Source of the DNA: Spirochaetia bacterium
GTDB lineage: Bacteria > Spirochaetota > Spirochaetia > DSM-2461
DNA length: 64,000 nt
Assembly: GCA_963666985.2 (NCBI GenBank)
Contig: CAXXIA010000002.1
Span: 1,728,001 to 1,792,000, forward strand
Direction: 5' to 3'
Of this stretch, positions 60,657 to 64,000 are shown piece after piece. The translations under genes and the position numbers were made by a program. The first letter of the stretch is position 1. Every line of letters begins with the position of its first letter. The notes under the pieces are model-generated. The model was not told where the DNA came from and ran no database searches. It saw only the letters and a program-made list of their open reading frames with translations.

Positions 60657-61567
60657 TGGTCGGTTTTATCAATGAGAACCGGGAAGAATATGGAGTCGAG
60701 CCTATCTGCAAATCACTGCCGATTGCTCCGTCGACCTATCATCTACAAAAAGCAAGAGAAGCTGATCCTGAACTCGAACCTGATCGAACACGTCGAGACC
60801 GGTTTCTTAAAAATGAGATTCAGGAGATATGGGATGAGAACCGTAGAGTCTACGGCGCCAGGAAAGTCTGGAAGGTTCTTAGAAATGAGAAGCATCTCCA
60901 TGTAGCCAGGTGTACCGTCGAACGTCTTATGCGTTCTATGGGTCTCAGAGGCGTCATTCGGGGCAAGGGAACCAAGACCACCTTCCCGTCACCGAAAGAT
61001 GAAAGACCCGAGGATCTGGTTAACAGAGATTTCACAGCTTCCAAGCCGAATCGGCTTTGGGTTGCGGATTTCACCTACGTTTCCACCTGGCAGGGCTTCG
61101 TCTATGTTGCCTTCATCATTGATGTCTTCTCCCGGATGATCGTCGGTTGGCGAGCTAGCCGGTCGATGAAAACCGACTTTACTCTTGATGCGCTCAATCA
61201 GGCGCTTTGGGCCAGGGAAGTAGTCGACGGTCTGATTCATCACAGTGATCGTGGAAGGCAGTATCTTTCGTTTCGATATTCGGATCGATTGACAGAGGCC
61301 GGTATCGAGCCTTCGGTTGGGAGCAAAGGAGACTCGTACGATAACGCAATGGCTGAGACTATCAACGGTCTCTACAAAGCCGAAGTCATCCACCGGAGGA
61401 GCTCATGGCAGAGAATAGAACAGGTTGAATTGGAAACCCTGGACTGGGTGGACTGGTACAACAACCGCCGAATCATGGAGCCGCTTGGAGATATCCCCCC
61501 GGCGAAGTTTGAATCGATGTATTATGAACAGGAAGAATGTTCGGCAGTAGCTGCCGGACTCAACTAA
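60656..61567 (+). CDS. IS3-family transposase OrfB (DDE)
   Basis: YGARKVW, WVADFTYV, HHSDRG, DNAMAETING. Confidence 0.94.
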   Translation: MVGFINENREEYGVEPICKSLPIAPSTYHLQKAREADPELEPDRTRRDRFLKNEIQEIWDENRRVYGARKVWKVLRNEKHLHVARCTVERLMRSMGLRGVIRGKGTKTTFPSPKDERPEDLVNRDFTASKPNRLWVADFTYVSTWQGFVYVAFIIDVFSRMIVGWRASRSMKTDFTLDALNQALWAREVVDGLIHHSDRGRQYLSFRYSDRLTEAGIEPSVGSKGDSYDNAMAETINGLYKAEVIHRRSSWQRIEQVELETLDWVDWYNNRRIMEPLGDIPPAKFESMYYEQEECSAVAAGLN

Positions 61568-62067
61568 AACAGCCTCCGGGAATCCCGGTGTGGTTCACAG
61601 AGATGTTTGCCCGAACAAATGTGATGACGGCAAATACTTCCTGCTATACGTATAAGTATTTAGAATCAGGTTCACTGTATCGGTATCGGTCTAATGTTGA
61701 TTATACGATTACTGAGTGGAATGACGATATGTTGAATGCTGAGAATTGCATATTTGATGGAATCCCCAATAATAATGAACTTGCTCTTAAGTATATAGCA
61801 ACCGCAATTAAAAGAGCTGAGGAGATACCGGAGTTACAAAGAGGAAGATATCTGTATATTGTTTTGTACGGTAAACTTCTAGAATGTGAGTATAATATTT
61901 TGGTTGGACAATTCGATGAAGCTAGAGAATTACTAGAAGAATCTATTCTTACATTTGAGGAAAATAGTGAAATTATACGCTATAAGGAAGTTATAAAAAA
62001 CTGTATTGAACACGCTGAGATCGTGTTATTGCTAACAGAATTTCTAATGCCATATTATCAATAATAC

Positions 62068-62279
62068 ACTTAACAGCTGTTGATGCGCTCCGGCCGCTAA
62101 AGGTGTTTAGCGGCCTTCGGGGCTCCGCCCAAATTTCGTTTTGGCGATGGCTCTTGCAGATGCGTTTTTAGAAGTTGTGTGATAAGTTGAAGAGCGAACA
62201 GGCTTTCTGCTAAAAGCAAGAGCACATGCCAACCGGCTACGCCGGACACGAAACTTCGCATACCAGCGGGCCGTTAGGT
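62068..62279 (+). repeat. attC-like site 8 (212 bp, type A)
   Basis: ACTTAAC-AGCTG...CGCATACCAGCGGGCC-GTTAGGT. Confidence 0.9.
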
Positions 62280-62319
62280 GATTTGCAAATGAGATACAAT
62301 TAGATCAAAGGAGAGCGCC

Positions 62320-63456
62320 TTGGGCCCTGTAGTACTTCTGGATAAGTCTACCTACCAATGCCTCAGTTCTGATGAACTACTTTGTCTAGAAAGATACTAT
62401 TTCCTCAATTTGCCTCCAATACTCCTTTACGAAATAATTACAGATCTATCGAAAAAGTCTGGAAGAGATTCAGAAGAAGTTACTTCACGGCTTGCTGCAA
62501 AATTCACTCAAATGAGTAGTTACGCTAACGATGAGTATCGGATAGTACTCCGTTTATCACTTCTTGGAAGGCCGGTGCCAATGACACGTCAGGTTCTCAT
62601 TGCCGGTGGAGAGAAAATCAAAGACGAAGAAGGGAAGGTCGGGATTTTTCTAGATGAACCTCCTGAATTTAAGGCATTACGAGAATGGGAGAATAAAAAC
62701 TTTTCAGAGTTTGATAGAATCTTTGCAACAGCATTCAGAAAGTATAAAGATAGCTTCGATTTCGAATTGATTACGAAGAAAGATTCAGACTTCAAAAAAA
62801 TATGGAGCGAAGTCAATTCACTGGAAGATGCCCATGATAGCGCTGTTTTACATATTGATAACAAAGAGAATACAGCTCAGATGCTTGAATGGGCTATGTC
62901 GAGTATCAATCTCTCAAGCTTAGAGAAAAGTGCGGTTCGCAAACTGTGGAGTGTTAAAGGAAAACCGAATCTTTCTGACTTCTCACCTTATGCAAGATTT
63001 TGCATGATTGCGTCATTAACAGCGTTCATAGGAATCAGTAAAGGACTATTAGGCTCTAGGTCTTCAAACATGATAGATCTCGAATACCTTTATTATTTAC
63101 CTTTTTGCTCCATTTTTTCTTCAAATGACAAATTTCAACTACAACTAGCACCATTATTGATTGGAGATGATCAATACATCGTTTCGGGTGATGTTCTCAA
63201 AGATGATTTAGCAAAAATAATCACATATTTCTCAGGATTCACGAAAGAAGATCATGTTGCTTATCGAAAGCATAGAGGCAGCCACCCTCCTGAAATCGCA
63301 GACTCGTTTACTTTGAGTGTATGGGAGACGCTATGCTCGCCAGTAGATCCAGAGGCAGAAGAAAGGTTACAGAACACCCCACATGACGAGATTCTGAAGA
63401 AGATAAAGCCAATACTGGAAGCAATTAAGAAGCAAGAACAGAATCGGGGAAACTAG
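62320..63456 (+). CDS. Cassette 9: hypothetical protein, possible PIN-like nuclease
   Basis: N-terminal VLLDKS; later D..YL.YLPFC.IFSSND; SD AAGGAG, TTG start. Confidence 0.6.
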   Translation: MGPVVLLDKSTYQCLSSDELLCLERYYFLNLPPILLYEIITDLSKKSGRDSEEVTSRLAAKFTQMSSYANDEYRIVLRLSLLGRPVPMTRQVLIAGGEKIKDEEGKVGIFLDEPPEFKALREWENKNFSEFDRIFATAFRKYKDSFDFELITKKDSDFKKIWSEVNSLEDAHDSAVLHIDNKENTAQMLEWAMSSINLSSLEKSAVRKLWSVKGKPNLSDFSPYARFCMIASLTAFIGISKGLLGSRSSNMIDLEYLYYLPFCSIFSSNDKFQLQLAPLLIGDDQYIVSGDVLKDDLAKIITYFSGFTKEDHVAYRKHRGSHPPEIADSFTLSVWETLCSPVDPEAEERLQNTPHDEILKKIKPILEAIKKQEQNRGN

Positions 63457-63473
63457 TTAAATACGAGCAAATC

Positions 63474-63682
63474 ACCTAACAGCTGTTGATGCGCTCCGGC
63501 GTCAACTTGCGTTGCCGCCTCCGGGGCTTCGCCCAAATTTGCCTCTGTCATAGATTTTGCGGAAGGCTGGCGGCTGTGATAGGATGGCTTTCAGTAATCG
63601 GCCGATGTTGTTCTGTCTGGCAAAATCTACACCAGTCGCCTTCGGCGAACGGCAAACTTCGCATAACAGCAGAACGTTTAAT
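63474..63682 (+). repeat. attC-like site 9 (209 bp, type B, variant first hairpin)
   Basis: ACCTAAC-AGCTG...CGCATAACAGCAGAAC-GTTTAAT. Confidence 0.88.
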
Positions 63683-63806
63683 GAAAAAAAACAGAAGGCC
63701 CCTCAACAGTTCGGTATCCTGTTTCGCTAATAGGTTTCATTTAGTAGCTGAGAAATTAAGCAATTATGCAAAAAGATATATTTGTTAAAAAATTGCCGGA
63801 TACTAC

Positions 63807-64000
63807 CTATGCAGATTCTCTTCTCACTCTACGTTTTTCCTTTCTTAGACGTTTTCGAAATTTTCGAATTCTAATTTTTGTGTATTGCTGAAGATTCTCC
63901 CATTCAACGCGAGTTGATATTATCCCTTGTCGCTCGAACCGAAACTTAACTCCTGATAGAATTGAATCAGTTTTAACGAGAAATCCATCCCTTGCATCTT
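63807..64000 (-). CDS. Cassette 10: 3' end of a possible reverse-oriented ORF
   Basis: Open frame from the window edge (..DARDGFLVK..RKRLRKEKRRVRRESA) to TAG at 63807-63809. Confidence 0.4.
   Translation of the reverse strand, partial: DARDGFLVKTDSILSGVKFRFERQGIISTRVEWENLQQYTKIRIRKFRKRLRKEKRRVRRESA

Larger units (their letters stand above)
60286..61597 (+). mobile_element. IS3-family element, IS51/IS629-like (1312 bp)
   Basis: IRL TGAACCACCCCGG, IRR ..GTGTGGTTCA (22/26 match), CAG target duplication. Confidence 0.95.
58627..62064 (+). pseudogene. Cassette 8: lipoprotein gene (about 295 aa) interrupted by two IS elements
   Basis: 58627-58782 + 60018-60285 + 61601-62064 join in frame; lipobox LLGC. 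Confidence 0.88.
49133..64000. mobile_element. Integron-like element: integrase, attI-like site and cassette array (continues past the window end)
   Basis: Tyrosine recombinase divergent from at least 10 cassettes, each bounded by AAC..GTT palindromic repeats; sharp shift to AT-rich DNA. Confidence 0.92.

Noticed and set aside
51209..63682. Repeat array as CRISPR
   Set aside because: Repeats exceed 200 bp, the spacers are gene-sized, and no cas genes are seen.
51370..63788. Short ORFs overlapping the attC-like sites (e.g. 52308-52508, 53684-53986, 57080-57316, 58356-58625, 63486-63788) and the N-terminal extension of 51370
   Set aside because: They are translations of the repeats; their mutual similarity just reflects the repeat.
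1..64000. tRNA, rRNA or reverse transcriptase genes
   Set aside because: None recognised by eye; a tRNAscan/Rfam run would be needed to exclude small RNAs.

Overview
Bacterial chromosomal window, probably from a spirochaete (inferred from gene content and lipoprotein signal style; not proven). Positions 1-48.9 kb are mostly GC-rich housekeeping and metabolic genes: thyX, uvrC, two ECF sigma factors, rsgA, mnmA, nnr, rlmE, a 2-oxoacid:ferredoxin oxidoreductase operon, rph and malic enzyme. Two AT-richer inserts interrupt them: an ankyrin/caspase-like locus at 12.3-16.6 kb and an orphan histidine kinase at 31.4-33.2 kb. From 48.9 kb to the end is an AT-rich integron-like system. A 277-aa tyrosine recombinase lacking the IntI-specific insertion is divergent from an attI-like site and at least 10 cassettes. 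Nine unusually long (208-277 bp), branched, modular attC-like sites separate the cassettes. The ends of each cassette are reverse-complementary over 14-22 nt, and five consecutive cassettes share the same mismatch at position 11. Cargo includes probable defence genes, a toxin-antitoxin pair, an apparently ORF-less 0.85-kb cassette, and a lipoprotein gene split by two IS3-family elements. All family assignments come from manual motif recognition; no database searches were run.
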